Shown: piece after piece, positions 61,318-61,895 of the stretch
How the letters are laid out: each line of letters begins with the position of its first letter
Numbering within the stretch: position 1 is the stretch's first letter
Assembly: GCA_965644295.1 (NCBI GenBank)
Contig: CBFFRP010000037.1
Location: 1 to 61,895, forward strand
DNA: 61,895 nucleotides
Reading direction: 5' to 3'
Source of the DNA: Paraphysomonas bandaiensis
Taxonomy: Eukaryota; Protista; Chrysophyceae
Position numbers and translations under genes: made by a program
The notes under the pieces: generated by a model
Seen by the model: the letters and a program-made list of their open reading frames with translations, nothing else
What the model was told of the DNA's origin: nothing
Database searches by the model: none

Positions 61318-61895
61318 TCCGGGCTAGAGTTGCGACGGCAATTCGCTAGTGACGTGAGACTCTTTTCCTGTTATTGATCAGCTCAATAGTCACCCGGGCT
61401 AGAGTTGCGCGCCGTCAATTCGCTAGTGTGTGTGAGAGTTTTATTAAAACTCAATAGTCACCCGGGCTAGAGTTGCACGTCATCAATTCGCTAGTGTGTG
61501 TGAGAGTTTTATTAAAACTCAATAGTCACCCGGGCTAGAGTTGTGCGCCATCAATTCGCTAGTGTGTGTGAGAGTTTTTGATCAGCTCAATAGTCACCCG
61601 GGCTAGAGTTGCGCGCCGTCAATTCGCTAGTGTGTGTGAGAGTTATTAACTCAATAGTCACCCGGGCTAGAGTTGCACGTCATCAATTCGCTAGTGTGTG
61701 TGAGAGTTTTATTAAAACTCAATATAGTCACCCGGGCTAGAGTTGTGCGCCATCAATTCGCTAGTGTGTGTGAGAGTTTTTGATCAGCTCAATAGTCACC
61801 CGGGCTAGAGTTGCGCGCCGTCAATTCGCTAGTGTGTGTGAGAGTTTTATTAAAACTCAATAGTCACCCGGGCTAGAGTTGCACGTCATCAATTC
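61318..61895. repeat. 68-bp tandem repeat with three-unit higher-order structure, running off the window end
   Basis: CCCGGGCTAGAGTTG at 61393, 61461, 61529, 61597, 61661, 61731, 61799 and 61867; variants cycle A-B-C. Confidence 0.95.

Noticed and set aside
61318-61895. CRISPR-like array
   Set aside because: There are no unique spacers; the variable parts are short loops that recur with period three; no cas genes; eukaryotic context.
61318-61895. Hammerhead or twister ribozyme array
   Set aside because: No CTGATGA..GAAA core on either strand, and only a short AGCCCGG resemblance to twister.

Overview
Eukaryotic genomic DNA with short GT-AG introns. A stramenopile or similar protist is inferred from the CoDi-like Copia element and gene style; this is not proven. 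The left ~27 kb holds intron-containing host genes (TMTC O-mannosyltransferase, PDZ-like protein, Tudor-like/Gfo-Idh-MocA fusion, Rab2, small coiled-coil protein, GAF protein) mixed with a MITE, hAT remnants, LINE/SINE fragments and one intact, very young Ty1/copia element. The right ~34 kb is accessory: a 5'-truncated RNase H LINE, a five-copy 3.9-kb tandem array encoding a signal-peptide atypical-kinase-like protein next to a Tc1/IS630-like transposase remnant, then a nested stack of IS630/Tc1, Copia and Gypsy elements, an orphan gene and a structured 68-bp tandem repeat. The strongest candidate for a new system is the intact Copia (10468-15452). It has no tRNA primer-binding site; instead its PBS is a perfect 16-nt complement of a sequence inside its own LTR, which is Tf1-style self-priming architecture in a Copia element. 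It also has CG...CG rather than TG...CA termini and an apparent D-D-D integrase. A second, distinct Copia shows a degenerate version of the same PBS/LTR complementarity. Also notable is a SINE-like family with an HDV-like ribozyme fold at its 5' end and the LINE's 3' tail. All analysis was by eye; no searches or folding were run.
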